A DNA stretch of 29,763 nt from a virus. Its lineage: Duplodnaviria; Caudoviricetes. Below, in pieces: positions 7,374 through 17,009 of the stretch (its first letter is position 1; every line of letters begins with the position of its first letter). The notes beneath the pieces were generated by a model. The model had not been told where the DNA came from, did not search any database, and worked only from the letters and a program-made list of their open reading frames with translations. A program made the translations under genes and the position numbers. Location of the stretch: positions 1-29,763 of IMG/VR virus record IMGVR_UViG_3300037634_003492. One strand, given 5' to 3'.

Positions 7374-10300
7374 ATGAGAACAAAGAAAACATGTTGTTGT
7401 TGCGGTGATAGAACCTGTAGGGGTGATGAATATCGTTATAATTCCACCGAAAATACCAATTGTAAAATATGTGCGCTGGGTGTTACGACTGTAAATGTTT
7501 CAGAGTATGAAGATTTTGCACCATCCGAGCCGTCTGCAAATCAGGGGGACGAAGTGTGGTTAGGAATGGATGGTGATGGTCATCCCGATAACTTATACAT
7601 GGGGAATATTTGTTGGCATAATGGTCATGAGGGGTGGGATTATTATCCCAATGAATGTGAATGGAATAAGTGTTGGAATGATTATGAATCGTTTGGATTA
7701 TCTAATCCACCCAAAGTAAGTTTTTATCAATTTGATTCACCTTATGGTATTTTACCGTGGTCTCCAATTTCTTTTATGGATTGGAGAGATAATTGGAATG
7801 GACCATTATTACCTCAAGGTGATTGTACAATGCACTGTACCCAAGAAAACATAGGTTGTCACTCTTTGGCATTTGTTGGTGCAATTGGGAAAAATTTTGG
7901 TTCTACTGATTTAGCAGACGGGTTACCACTTTGTGGTTCAGACATTGTAACAGTTCCTCCACCCAGAAGCGAATGGGACTGGATTCGGTCTTGGGTGAAA
8001 AGTGGTGGTAAACTTATTATTATGGGAGAGTCGAGTGGGAGTCCTATGTCTAGTATGCCCAGTTGCAGAACGAAAATGGATTTCTTTAATCCTGATTCAT
8101 CATATTATACACAGAGATGTACCGACGCTATCAATTCTGAAGATACAATGAGTGGGGAAGAGGTTGCGTTGTTGTTGCAAGAATTTGCATTTTATATTGC
8201 TAGGCAGGATGATGAAGAAGAAGAGTCCATAAGATGGTTTGAATTTGAAAATGAGGAAGTAGAACCAGATAACTTTATTAATAATTTTGAAGCTTACGTA
8301 GATGATGATGGAAATGAAACTGCAATCGTTCGCTCTTGTTGCCAAAAATCTAAAAGACCATTTATAAAAAGAGATTCGGTGGATGATCCCATGAAACCAT
8401 TTTCTTTTCAATGTTCTTCAAGTAGTGGACTATTACCAAAAGGTAAAGGTAAAGGATTAGTAGGTCATTGCAACGGTGATGGTTGTACTGTGGTATGGAA
8501 ACCTAATGATTTGGGTGCTGTAGTGGTTGTATATGATTCTGATGTCTGGGGTGCTTCTAATTCTCAAATACCTTTAAGTTGGTGGGAACAAGAAGCACAA
8601 TACCCACAACATCAAGAACTTGGATTGGGTGCTATTGAATTAAAAACTAGGGCATGCAATAATGACTTTTGGAATTTTATGTGTGTTGACTTTCTTTCCG
8701 AAAATGCATATATTCCTTCTGAATGTGGAGATGAAGTATATTGGAAACATAAAGAATCTGATGATTATGAGTTTGGAGAAAATCCTTGCTTAAAAACAGC
8801 AAAGTGTTGTATACCAGATGGAAGTTGCATAGAAACAAATATTTGGGATTGTTGGGGATATACAGATTATAATGGTCGAGAATTACCAGGTACTTGGTAT
8901 GGTTCAGAATTTATTCATCCAGATGGAAGAGGTGGTGGGGAATGTCAAAGCTGTGGTTCTTGTGAAGAATTTAAGAAGGGTCTTTGTTGTGTTGTTGACC
9001 CAGATGGATTGGGTTGTGGACACGATTGCTGTTTAGAGCTAGATAATGTTGGTCACGAAATGTATGAATATGAATGTAACTGCTTGGTGAAATCAGACAA
9101 TTATTCGTGGGTGAATGAAGTTGAGTGGAAACAAGGAGAAACTAATTGTGATATTTGTTTTGTAAAAGGTGCTTGCTGTACAGGAAATGAAATGTGCGAG
9201 GTTATGCGGGAAATTGAATGTAATAAATTATATGGACCTGAATTTTTTCATGGTGAAGATTCAACTTGCGATCCGGAGAATCCTTGTGAAATTCCTAGAG
9301 GTGCATGCTGTGATGGGTTCACTTGTATCTCTGACGTTACCGAGGACTTTTGCAATAGCAGCGGCGGAGAATATATGGGAGATGAAATGCCATGCGATGA
9401 AGATCTCTGCGAAGGTGATCCCGGTGCATGTTGTTTGCCAAATGGAAATTGCGTCTTTGATACTGAACATGATTGTAATTCACTTGGAGGAACGTGGCAG
9501 GGCGCGAATGTGCAGTGCAATCAAGTGGATTGTGATATCAGTCAAGCATGCTGTATTCCTACTGGTGTTGTTGATTGTTACGAATGTAACGATATGATGC
9601 CTGATGCTTGCTATGGAGCCAGCGGCGAACCACAAGGGAATGGTATAATGTGTGATGATGATCCGTGTGATGAAAGTGGGTGTGGAACGGGAGCGTGTTG
9701 TTATTGGACCGGTTCTCAATGTTCATGTTTTGAAGCGGAAGAAGAAGATTGTGATTGCTACCCAGGGTGGGATGATTGTTTTAAACCGGGAAAGAATTGT
9801 GGTGAAGTAGATTGCTGTGGAATTTGTTGCGATAGAAGCAATGGAGATTGTTTGAGTGGTGGGGCCTGTACCATTCCAGAATGGGTATGCAACAGTTACG
9901 ATAACGAACTGTTCATACCATGTACCGATTGTGGATGTATTTCTTCGTGTAGTGGTGAATATACAAGTTGTGAAGGTGTAGGAATATGTTGTGTAGAAGA
10001 AGAATGTGAAGACGTAACGTCTTCACAAGAATGTATAAAGTTGAATGGGATTTATACAATTGGTACACAATGTGCTGATGTATCATCTTCGTTTTGCCGT
10101 TTGGGTGCTTGTTGTGTTGAAGAAGAATGTGTAGAGATAACGATAAAATCTGCGTGTGATGGCACTTGGGTTGAAGGTATTTTGGATTGCGGTGAAGTGG
10201 ATTGTGGTATTGGTGCTTGTTGTTATTATCAAAATGTAATCCAACCGCATGAATGTGAAGATATGCTGTTGCAGGTGTGCATTGACAAGTTTGATGGTGA

Positions 10301-12587
10301 ATTTCATAGTGGCACATTATGTGAGGATGATGCGGACTTGTGTATTCCGACAGGTGCGTGTTGCTTTGAAAATGGGGGTGATATGCAATGCGCTTGTTGT
10401 ATGACCGAGGACGATTGTGAATATGTGTACAACGGTGTTTGGATTGGAGGTGTTGATTCTTGCGATGACATAGATTGTGACAACATCGGACCCTGTTGTA
10501 TTCAACCACCCAACTTTCCAATGGATTGCAGTTACTTACGTTTTAGTGAGTGTGAGATGATGAATGAAGATGCTTGCCTTAAGGTTGATGGATTTCCTGG
10601 GCCTAATGGAACAGATTGTGCTGGGTATTCATGTGCGGGAACTTGTTGTGCAGAAATTGAATACTTGGACGATGGGTGGATGACATTGTATTGGTGCGAT
10701 GAAAGCGTGTCTGAACATTTTTGTGATTCAATTGTACTTGCAGATTGCTTCATAGACCAGGGTTATAACGTCTGGTATGCTACCGCGAACTATTCAATGT
10801 TGGAGGATTGTTGTTGGTGTCAGGAATCTGGTGGCACGACTGCTCCGTGGGAGGGCCCGTGTTGTTTCGGCACTGATTGTGATGACAACTACACCGAATG
10901 CGAATGCAATGCAACCCCAGACGGGGTTTGGATGGGCATAGTAGATAACCTCGGTTGCAATAATACTGAATTGTGTGGGGTTAGCGCCTGTTGCATCCAG
11001 TCTAATATGAATGGCAATCCTGTGGCCGGATGCGTCATGATGGATGCTGACGAATGTACAGATTTTAATGGCCAGTCCGGCACAGTGTTTGGTGATAATT
11101 TGGTTGCCTATCCGTACCTTGGAGTCCATTGTGATGACAATCCGTGTCTGGTAGGTTGTTGTGTAAAGTGGTGGGACACGTACATGGGATGTAATCCTAG
11201 TACAATCGGTGATTGTGACTATGACGATGGAGATTACTACACAAACCCCATCGAGTGGTTTTGGGATGGACAATGGTGGAACAATTATTTCCGATGCGCC
11301 TATGATGGAGATAACAACGAGTTGTTGTGTCCCCAGGCTTGTTGCGAAGGTACAAATTGCACCAACACCATTTACTCCGACTGCTGGGGTGATGTTGTGT
11401 GGGGAGAAGATTGCGATTGGGATGGCGATCCATGTATTGACACAGGGGCTTGTTGCACCCCGAATTCTGGGTGTTCATCAAAGACTCAAGCAGAATGCGT
11501 CAGTAACCACAACCCCCCATATTATCCCACCCACTGGATATCTGAAGATTGCGGAGATGTGGAATGTGACGATTATTTTGGTGCTTGTTGCGATTGGTGG
11601 AATGTAGAGTGTTACGAAACCACTGAAGACGAGTGTCCTGGGGATGCGGAATTTGAACTAGGCATCAAGTGTCATCAAACGCAAGAAGTATGCATGCAGG
11701 TCCATGCCTGTTGTTGGTCGGACGGCAGCTGTGACGATGAAATATGGTTTGACTGTTGGGATAACTGGGGTAACTGGGACGCAGATCATCTTTGTAGTGA
11801 CTGGGGTTTTAATTGTGCTGAAACTGGTGCATGTTGTTATGATGATGGGGTTTGTGTGGATAGTTCAACGGAATCAAATTGCATATACTGGGGTGGCACA
11901 TGGTGGGGAGAAGGTTCTTTTTGTTGGGAGTGGGAGTGTGCAATCGCAAATGGTGCATGTTGTTATGGAGGTTGGGATGATTGCACTGAAGACACTTCCC
12001 AAAGCGCATGCAATGCAGGTGGTGGTAGTTTTATGGGTGCGGAGAGTGCCTGTATTGATTGTGTGAGTGCTTGTTGCTATCAACATCCCATTTATGGACC
12101 GTATTGTGCTGAGGTGGCGGCATGGGATTGCTGGGCGAATTACTGGAATGGAGAACCCCATCCGTATTCTGGCTGCAATGGTGTTGGCTACTGCTGGGAT
12201 TATACTGGGTGTTGTTTGGGGAATTGTGAATGGTCATATTGCTGGTATACTGACAACACAGATTGGCATTGGCATGATGAGACTATACGGTGGATCGATT
12301 GTGATGGAGAATGGTACATGCATGATTCTTGCGGATGGGATTGCGATTGGTGTTATTTAACAAATCCAGAAGGAAGAGAAGATGAACCAAGTAGAACACG
12401 GAGCAGAACACAGAAACCCGATGGAGGCATTGGTGGTCTGGGTGGAGCGACCAATAATGAATCGAGCAATAAACGAAACGATAGCAGACTAATACCGCCA
12501 AGCGAACCAGAATGTTCTCAAAAATGCAAAGACGCTGGATGTGATTGTCATTGTTTGGAAACAAATAACGGAATAGTTTGCTTATAA
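7374..12587 (+). CDS. Giant cysteine-rich acidic repeat protein (GACC modules) with an N-terminal Rossmann-like segment; probable virion appendage/adhesin
   Basis: 1737-aa ORF that starts MRTKKTCCCCG. Roughly 25 (counted by eye) modules of about 40-45 aa, G-A-C-C-x3-5-C-x5-6-C-x3-G-x-W/Y-x-G-x3-4-C-x3-4-C, from about 8800 to 12350. No hydrophobic signal peptide. Confidence 0.85.
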   Translation: MRTKKTCCCCGDRTCRGDEYRYNSTENTNCKICALGVTTVNVSEYEDFAPSEPSANQGDEVWLGMDGDGHPDNLYMGNICWHNGHEGWDYYPNECEWNKCWNDYESFGLSNPPKVSFYQFDSPYGILPWSPISFMDWRDNWNGPLLPQGDCTMHCTQENIGCHSLAFVGAIGKNFGSTDLADGLPLCGSDIVTVPPPRSEWDWIRSWVKSGGKLIIMGESSGSPMSSMPSCRTKMDFFNPDSSYYTQRCTDAINSEDTMSGEEVALLLQEFAFYIARQDDEEEESIRWFEFENEEVEPDNFINNFEAYVDDDGNETAIVRSCCQKSKRPFIKRDSVDDPMKPFSFQCSSSSGLLPKGKGKGLVGHCNGDGCTVVWKPNDLGAVVVVYDSDVWGASNSQIPLSWWEQEAQYPQHQELGLGAIELKTRACNNDFWNFMCVDFLSENAYIPSECGDEVYWKHKESDDYEFGENPCLKTAKCCIPDGSCIETNIWDCWGYTDYNGRELPGTWYGSEFIHPDGRGGGECQSCGSCEEFKKGLCCVVDPDGLGCGHDCCLELDNVGHEMYEYECNCLVKSDNYSWVNEVEWKQGETNCDICFVKGACCTGNEMCEVMREIECNKLYGPEFFHGEDSTCDPENPCEIPRGACCDGFTCISDVTEDFCNSSGGEYMGDEMPCDEDLCEGDPGACCLPNGNCVFDTEHDCNSLGGTWQGANVQCNQVDCDISQACCIPTGVVDCYECNDMMPDACYGASGEPQGNGIMCDDDPCDESGCGTGACCYWTGSQCSCFEAEEEDCDCYPGWDDCFKPGKNCGEVDCCGICCDRSNGDCLSGGACTIPEWVCNSYDNELFIPCTDCGCISSCSGEYTSCEGVGICCVEEECEDVTSSQECIKLNGIYTIGTQCADVSSSFCRLGACCVEEECVEITIKSACDGTWVEGILDCGEVDCGIGACCYYQNVIQPHECEDMLLQVCIDKFDGEFHSGTLCEDDADLCIPTGACCFENGGDMQCACCMTEDDCEYVYNGVWIGGVDSCDDIDCDNIGPCCIQPPNFPMDCSYLRFSECEMMNEDACLKVDGFPGPNGTDCAGYSCAGTCCAEIEYLDDGWMTLYWCDESVSEHFCDSIVLADCFIDQGYNVWYATANYSMLEDCCWCQESGGTTAPWEGPCCFGTDCDDNYTECECNATPDGVWMGIVDNLGCNNTELCGVSACCIQSNMNGNPVAGCVMMDADECTDFNGQSGTVFGDNLVAYPYLGVHCDDNPCLVGCCVKWWDTYMGCNPSTIGDCDYDDGDYYTNPIEWFWDGQWWNNYFRCAYDGDNNELLCPQACCEGTNCTNTIYSDCWGDVVWGEDCDWDGDPCIDTGACCTPNSGCSSKTQAECVSNHNPPYYPTHWISEDCGDVECDDYFGACCDWWNVECYETTEDECPGDAEFELGIKCHQTQEVCMQVHACCWSDGSCDDEIWFDCWDNWGNWDADHLCSDWGFNCAETGACCYDDGVCVDSSTESNCIYWGGTWWGEGSFCWEWECAIANGACCYGGWDDCTEDTSQSACNAGGGSFMGAESACIDCVSACCYQHPIYGPYCAEVAAWDCWANYWNGEPHPYSGCNGVGYCWDYTGCCLGNCEWSYCWYTDNTDWHWHDETIRWIDCDGEWYMHDSCGWDCDWCYLTNPEGREDEPSRTRSRTQKPDGGIGGLGGATNNESSNKRNDSRLIPPSEPECSQKCKDAGCDCHCLETNNGIVCL

Positions 12588-12590
12588 ATA
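12583..12590 (+). promoter_or_regulatory. T4-type late promoter box TATAAATA
   Basis: Exact box overlapping the stop of the 1737-aa ORF, followed by an AGGAGA RBS and the ATG at 12606. Confidence 0.7.
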
Positions 12591-12605
12591 AGTTAGGAGA
12601 TATCT

Positions 12606-13451
12606 ATGGCAAAACATGATTTTTTAGTAAAACTTACACACTTTGCAAACACCGATTGGCCCACAGTTAGATTAGGTCATTCTGTCGGTGCATTCGATGA
12701 TAAGTATCCATGTGCAAATCCAGAAGGGCCTGTGGATAATTCGGGTTGTAGTGATCCTGAATCACCCGATTATGACCCAAATAATCCTCTTTGTATGTGC
12801 CCCTGTCAAGAATTGAATCCTGCACTCCATAGTAATTTGGTCGATTTTCCGTGGTATGTTGATATTTTTACTGGATTCGGTGCTGGGGCTGCAATTTGGA
12901 ATTGGTTGATGGGAAATTCCGAGACTGTTAGAGAACCTACAATCGAACAACTTAAAGAATCGGCGGAATCTATAAAAGAATGTGATTTAATTAAAAGTAA
13001 ACTTGGCGAATCTTGGATGGGATGTCTATGGAAAACACAAAATCATCCTAGCAGCTGTAATTGTCCCTGTGTGGGTGAGGACTTCAAAAAATATATCGAA
13101 TATTCTAGAACATATTCTACCTATTGGGACACACCACCAACGACTCCTTTATGGAGAGCATCTCAAATGTCTCTTGCACGGGCGCAAACGTCTGTTATTG
13201 TGGTTAATGGTGATTTGACGTTGAGACCCGGACATTTAATTTATATTTCCGCCCATCAAGCTGGGGCGATGGGTAAAACGAAAAAGTTTTCTGGGCGTTG
13301 GTTGGTGTCTGATATTTCCCACATTATTCAAGGAATGCAACACAAGATGGCACTGAAATTGATTAGAGATAGTTCTCCTATAGATCCAAATAAATCTGAG
13401 TTGGATGGAAAATCGTGGTGGGAAAAAATATGGAACTTTATTACCGCGTGA
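12606..13451 (+). CDS. Baseplate hub (gp27-like) C-terminal part preceded by a Cys-rich segment
   Basis: IVVNGDLTLRPGHLIYI......FSGRWLVSDISH.......ALKLIRDS is the typical C-terminal signature of gp27/gpD/Mu gp44-type hub proteins. The N-terminal half has CMCPC and CNCPC motifs. Confidence 0.7.
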   Translation: MAKHDFLVKLTHFANTDWPTVRLGHSVGAFDDKYPCANPEGPVDNSGCSDPESPDYDPNNPLCMCPCQELNPALHSNLVDFPWYVDIFTGFGAGAAIWNWLMGNSETVREPTIEQLKESAESIKECDLIKSKLGESWMGCLWKTQNHPSSCNCPCVGEDFKKYIEYSRTYSTYWDTPPTTPLWRASQMSLARAQTSVIVVNGDLTLRPGHLIYISAHQAGAMGKTKKFSGRWLVSDISHIIQGMQHKMALKLIRDSSPIDPNKSELDGKSWWEKIWNFITA

Positions 13452-13465
13452 ACATAATATGCTTA

Positions 13466-13500
13466 CATAAATAATTTTCTTGCATTATTATTTATACATA
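13466..13500. promoter_or_regulatory. Intergenic cluster of late-promoter-like boxes with a 9-bp inverted repeat
   Basis: CATAAATA (+, 13466-13473), TATAAATA (-, 13489-13496), TATACATA (+, 13493-13500). ATAAATAAT at 13467-13475 pairs with ATTATTTAT at 13487-13495. Confidence 0.45.
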
Positions 13501-13516
13501 TAACAAAGGATAGTAA

Positions 13517-13921
13517 ATGTCTCAAGAGTATCAATATTCCGATTTCGATGTGGATTTCACCAAAAATGAATTTGTTGATGATATATCATTGGTTAAAGAA
13601 ATTAATGCAATTCGGCAATCAATTACCAACATAATCTTAACATCACCCGGAGAAAAACCATTTATTAGAAATTTTGGAGTTGGAATATATAAAATATTAT
13701 TTGAGTTGTGGACTCCGTTATTGGAATTTAAACTAGAAAGAGATATCATTGATGCAGTAAGAATTTGGGAGCCGAGAGCAGTTGTCCAAAGTGTATTATT
13801 TGATGGAACAGAAATGGACAGTAATTTGCTCATTCTTGATATACGGTTTCAAACTAAACGAGGAACTAGAGCAAATCCCAAACTAAATAGTCTAAAAATA
13901 TCACTCGTAAAGGTAAGATAA
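13517..13921 (+). CDS. T4 gp25-like baseplate wedge subunit
   Basis: YSDFDVDF, DISLVKEINAIRQSITNIILTSPGEKPF..NFG.GI..ILFE, WEPRA; GPW/gp25 family. Confidence 0.95.
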   Translation: MSQEYQYSDFDVDFTKNEFVDDISLVKEINAIRQSITNIILTSPGEKPFIRNFGVGIYKILFELWTPLLEFKLERDIIDAVRIWEPRAVVQSVLFDGTEMDSNLLILDIRFQTKRGTRANPKLNSLKISLVKVR

Positions 13922-15703
13922 ATGTCACAAACCCCAAATATCCAATTAGGAAGCCTCGAATATACAGATATAAAAAATAGTATTATAGAACATCTAAAAT
14001 CACAAGATACTTTAAAAGATTATGATTATAGTGGTTCTGTAGCTCAAGTATTGTTGGATATACTTGCATATAATACATTGTATTATGGTTTTTATGCAAA
14101 TATGATTGCAAGTGAAATGTTTTTAGATACGGCACAAAAAGAAGAGTCTATTATTTCACTTGTCAAGCCTCTCGGATATGTAGTACCTGGTCGAAATTCT
14201 GCAAGAGCAAGAGTAAAAATTCGACACGGTGGTGCAGACGGTGAAATACCTAGATACACGAAATTTATCGGATATAATTCATCGGGTATTGCATATAGTT
14301 TTTATACGATTGAAAAATATGCATTGGATTCTGATGGTGAAAACATTATTGACATATTAGAAGGAAACTCTTTAATCAAAGAAGAACCTCTTTCAGTTGA
14401 TGAACATACTCAAAAAGGATTCTTGTATGGTACAGATATTGATATTACTACTATCAGGTTGGATGTAAAAAATTCAGATGGTGAATGGGAAGAGTGGACG
14501 ATAGTAAACAATATTCAAGCTGGATTAGATAGTTTTAGTAAAGTATTCTGGTTAGAAAGAACAGAACTTGGGTTTTTTATAGTATTCGGTAGTAATTTTG
14601 ATTCATCCTATAATCAAATCGGCCAGTCATTAACCCCCAATCAAGAAGTAAGAGTGTCATATCTGAAAAGTAGTGGAACTTCAGGAAATAATATTGGAAG
14701 TTTTGAAATTCAAAACTTTTCAGGCGTATCCACCACTACGACCACAAATCTATCTGCCGGTGGTTCAAGCAAACCCGATCTTGAAGCAATTAGATTCTTT
14801 GCACCAAAATGGTTTGCATCACAGGGCCGAGCAGTGACGATTGAAGATTGTCGAGGAATTCTTGCAGAGTCTGGAATTGTGGGTTCGGCAGAAGATGCAT
14901 ATTCAGAATTTATTGTTTGGGGTGGTGAAGAAGAATATCCTCCTCGGTACGGTCGACTTTTTGTTTCTTTGAAAGAGAGTAATATTGTTGATCCTGTATC
15001 GGCTCATAATGCTATTAAGTTGCTCGAAGAAAAAACTTGTGTTACTATAATTCCAGAATTTATGAATGTTGAATCCTATAAACTGATAGTATCTGGAACT
15101 TTACTATATGAACCGATGAATACCCAATATTCATCAACTCAATTATTGAATTATTCAATCGATAAAATTAAAGAAAATTATCCAAGTAGATTTAAACTTG
15201 AAAATGTAGATTCTTCCACAATGACTACCTTAATTAATTCTGTAGATACTGCAATTGTGACGAATTCTGATGATATTTCATTAAAATTAATGAAGGTTGT
15301 TAATGTCAATTCCGATGGAAGTATCAATTCTCAAAGTTTTAATAATAAATGTAAGGAATCTTCTTTGGAATCTGATTGGTTTAAACCGTCAGATACTTTA
15401 AAAACTTTATACAACATTCCAAATAATACTGATATTAAAATCAATTGTATTGATTTGGTAAATAAAGATGGTTGGCAAAAAATTAATGCTTATTTTAATT
15501 CTGGTGGTGTAACAAATTCGTGGACTACTGGGAAATGGAATCCAGATAGTGGAGAAGTTACATTTTATCAACCCATTTCAGCTGATAATGAAATATATTT
15601 GTATGTTGGTTCGGGACATTCTGGTTCAGATAAATTTGACATAAAATATAACATGTATGCATCTGGTATTATTTTTGATTTAAGCATAGAACCAAGAGGA
15701 TAA
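13922..15703 (+). CDS. T4 gp6-like baseplate wedge subunit
   Basis: LEYTDIKNSI..HLKSQ...KDYDYSGS....LLDILAYNT.Y..FYANM..SEMFLDTA...ESIISL...LGY.P, APKWFASQGRAVT.ED, WGGEEE.PP.YG..F.S.K. Confidence 0.96.
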   Translation: MSQTPNIQLGSLEYTDIKNSIIEHLKSQDTLKDYDYSGSVAQVLLDILAYNTLYYGFYANMIASEMFLDTAQKEESIISLVKPLGYVVPGRNSARARVKIRHGGADGEIPRYTKFIGYNSSGIAYSFYTIEKYALDSDGENIIDILEGNSLIKEEPLSVDEHTQKGFLYGTDIDITTIRLDVKNSDGEWEEWTIVNNIQAGLDSFSKVFWLERTELGFFIVFGSNFDSSYNQIGQSLTPNQEVRVSYLKSSGTSGNNIGSFEIQNFSGVSTTTTTNLSAGGSSKPDLEAIRFFAPKWFASQGRAVTIEDCRGILAESGIVGSAEDAYSEFIVWGGEEEYPPRYGRLFVSLKESNIVDPVSAHNAIKLLEEKTCVTIIPEFMNVESYKLIVSGTLLYEPMNTQYSSTQLLNYSIDKIKENYPSRFKLENVDSSTMTTLINSVDTAIVTNSDDISLKLMKVVNVNSDGSINSQSFNNKCKESSLESDWFKPSDTLKTLYNIPNNTDIKINCIDLVNKDGWQKINAYFNSGGVTNSWTTGKWNPDSGEVTFYQPISADNEIYLYVGSGHSGSDKFDIKYNMYASGIIFDLSIEPRG

Positions 15704-15706
15704 TAT

Positions 15707-16990
15707 ATGTCTTGGATTCCGTATATTATACAAAATCAACATGAAAGGAACACCCGATATCAGATGCTTGTGTTGGGTGCAACTATACCTTCTCTTCCAC
15801 CGACACTAAAATCAATTATTGATATACGATCTTTATTTCCTTACTGGATTCTTGATAGAAATGAAAGTGATCAAACTGATTCTTATTTTGTTGATTTTAT
15901 ACAGTCATATTATGACTGGTTGTATACTGAAAGTGGATACGAACTTAATTTTACAGATTTACATTCTATTGGACTTTTAAAACTAGTTGATATTGATGAA
16001 ACTCCTTTAACATTTTTGTCGAATTTTTCTTATTCATATGCTTCTGGTATTTCTTCTTGGTTTATTGGTGATTCTTCAGATGATTCTTCAGAAGAAACTC
16101 AAGAAACTCAAACGGTTGATGTTCGAGAATTAATAAAAGGAATTCGTCAAAATCTATATCAGAAAAAGAGCAACGAAGAAGCATACAAATATTTCTTTCA
16201 ATCTTTATTTAATATAAATGCAACTGATATTGTTATTAATTATCCAAAGCTAAGTATAATGAGATTAAATGGTGGAAGATTTAAAGATGAAAGGTGGGGA
16301 ACTGAAGATTCGTCAGGGTATTATGGAGATTTACCACATCTCGGTGGAAGCTTTTTAAACAGTGGTGCTAAAATACAAGATAGTTTTTGGTATCAAAACT
16401 TTTCATACCTATTGAAAGTTGGTATTGAAGATATAATTGAAGATTCTACTGGATTGCCATATTATTATAACGATTTGCAAAGCATTCTTCACCCTGCGGG
16501 AATTAAGGGGTTCTTTGAAAAAACAACACAAGATTATATTCCACCAGACGATTATGACGGTGGAATATTACAAGGCGAAGAACCCAGGTTGCATAATTAT
16601 TTTCCATATAGGTTAAGTGATACAATGGGATACACTGCTTGTATTGGATGTTCTGGAAGTGGTTTTGGATATGATGGGCCGACGGCTCATGCGGGATCAA
16701 CACCACTTGTGGAAAATGGTGATGGAACATACACCTTCGGTGTTTTTGGGGGTTCATCGGGTGGGTGGATATCAGGTGGTGCGTGGGGTGGTGTTGGTGG
16801 TGGTGGAATTAGTGCAGGATTTAATGCACCCTGTCATCATTTCCCCGATTGGGATAACGACATTGATATGGGTGTGATGTTTGGTAATATAAATATACGA
16901 GAGTTCATCTATCTTTATCCTGCATTAGAAAGTCCAAATTTGGGACTAACAGGATGTACCGCATCTGGTGGTACAGGAGCATGTTATTAA
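15707..16990 (+). CDS. T4 gp7-like baseplate wedge protein (short form)
   Basis: FVDFIQSYYDWL, DIDET, LIKGIR..LYQKK.NE.AYKYFF..LF, YPK, IQDSFWYQNFSYLLK, ILHPAG.K.F; directly after gp6. Confidence 0.8.
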   Translation: MSWIPYIIQNQHERNTRYQMLVLGATIPSLPPTLKSIIDIRSLFPYWILDRNESDQTDSYFVDFIQSYYDWLYTESGYELNFTDLHSIGLLKLVDIDETPLTFLSNFSYSYASGISSWFIGDSSDDSSEETQETQTVDVRELIKGIRQNLYQKKSNEEAYKYFFQSLFNINATDIVINYPKLSIMRLNGGRFKDERWGTEDSSGYYGDLPHLGGSFLNSGAKIQDSFWYQNFSYLLKVGIEDIIEDSTGLPYYYNDLQSILHPAGIKGFFEKTTQDYIPPDDYDGGILQGEEPRLHNYFPYRLSDTMGYTACIGCSGSGFGYDGPTAHAGSTPLVENGDGTYTFGVFGGSSGGWISGGAWGGVGGGGISAGFNAPCHHFPDWDNDIDMGVMFGNINIREFIYLYPALESPNLGLTGCTASGGTGACY

Positions 16991-17009
16991 AAAATCATAG
17001 GACAAAATT

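Noticed and set aside
8100-12564. Numerous short overlapping ORFs on both strands within the 1737-aa gene
   Set aside because: Shadow ORFs with His/Gln/Thr-biased composition expected from the antisense of TGT/GAT/TGG-rich coding sequence; no recognisable motifs.
7356-12605. Intron, intein or mobile element interrupting the hub gene
   Set aside because: No homing endonuclease, RT, transposase, intein motifs or terminal repeats were seen. The downstream ORF has its own promoter box and RBS.
16070-16112. Short tandem duplications encoding DSSDDSSEETQETQ in gp7
   Set aside because: Minor slippage in a low-complexity loop; no evidence of function.
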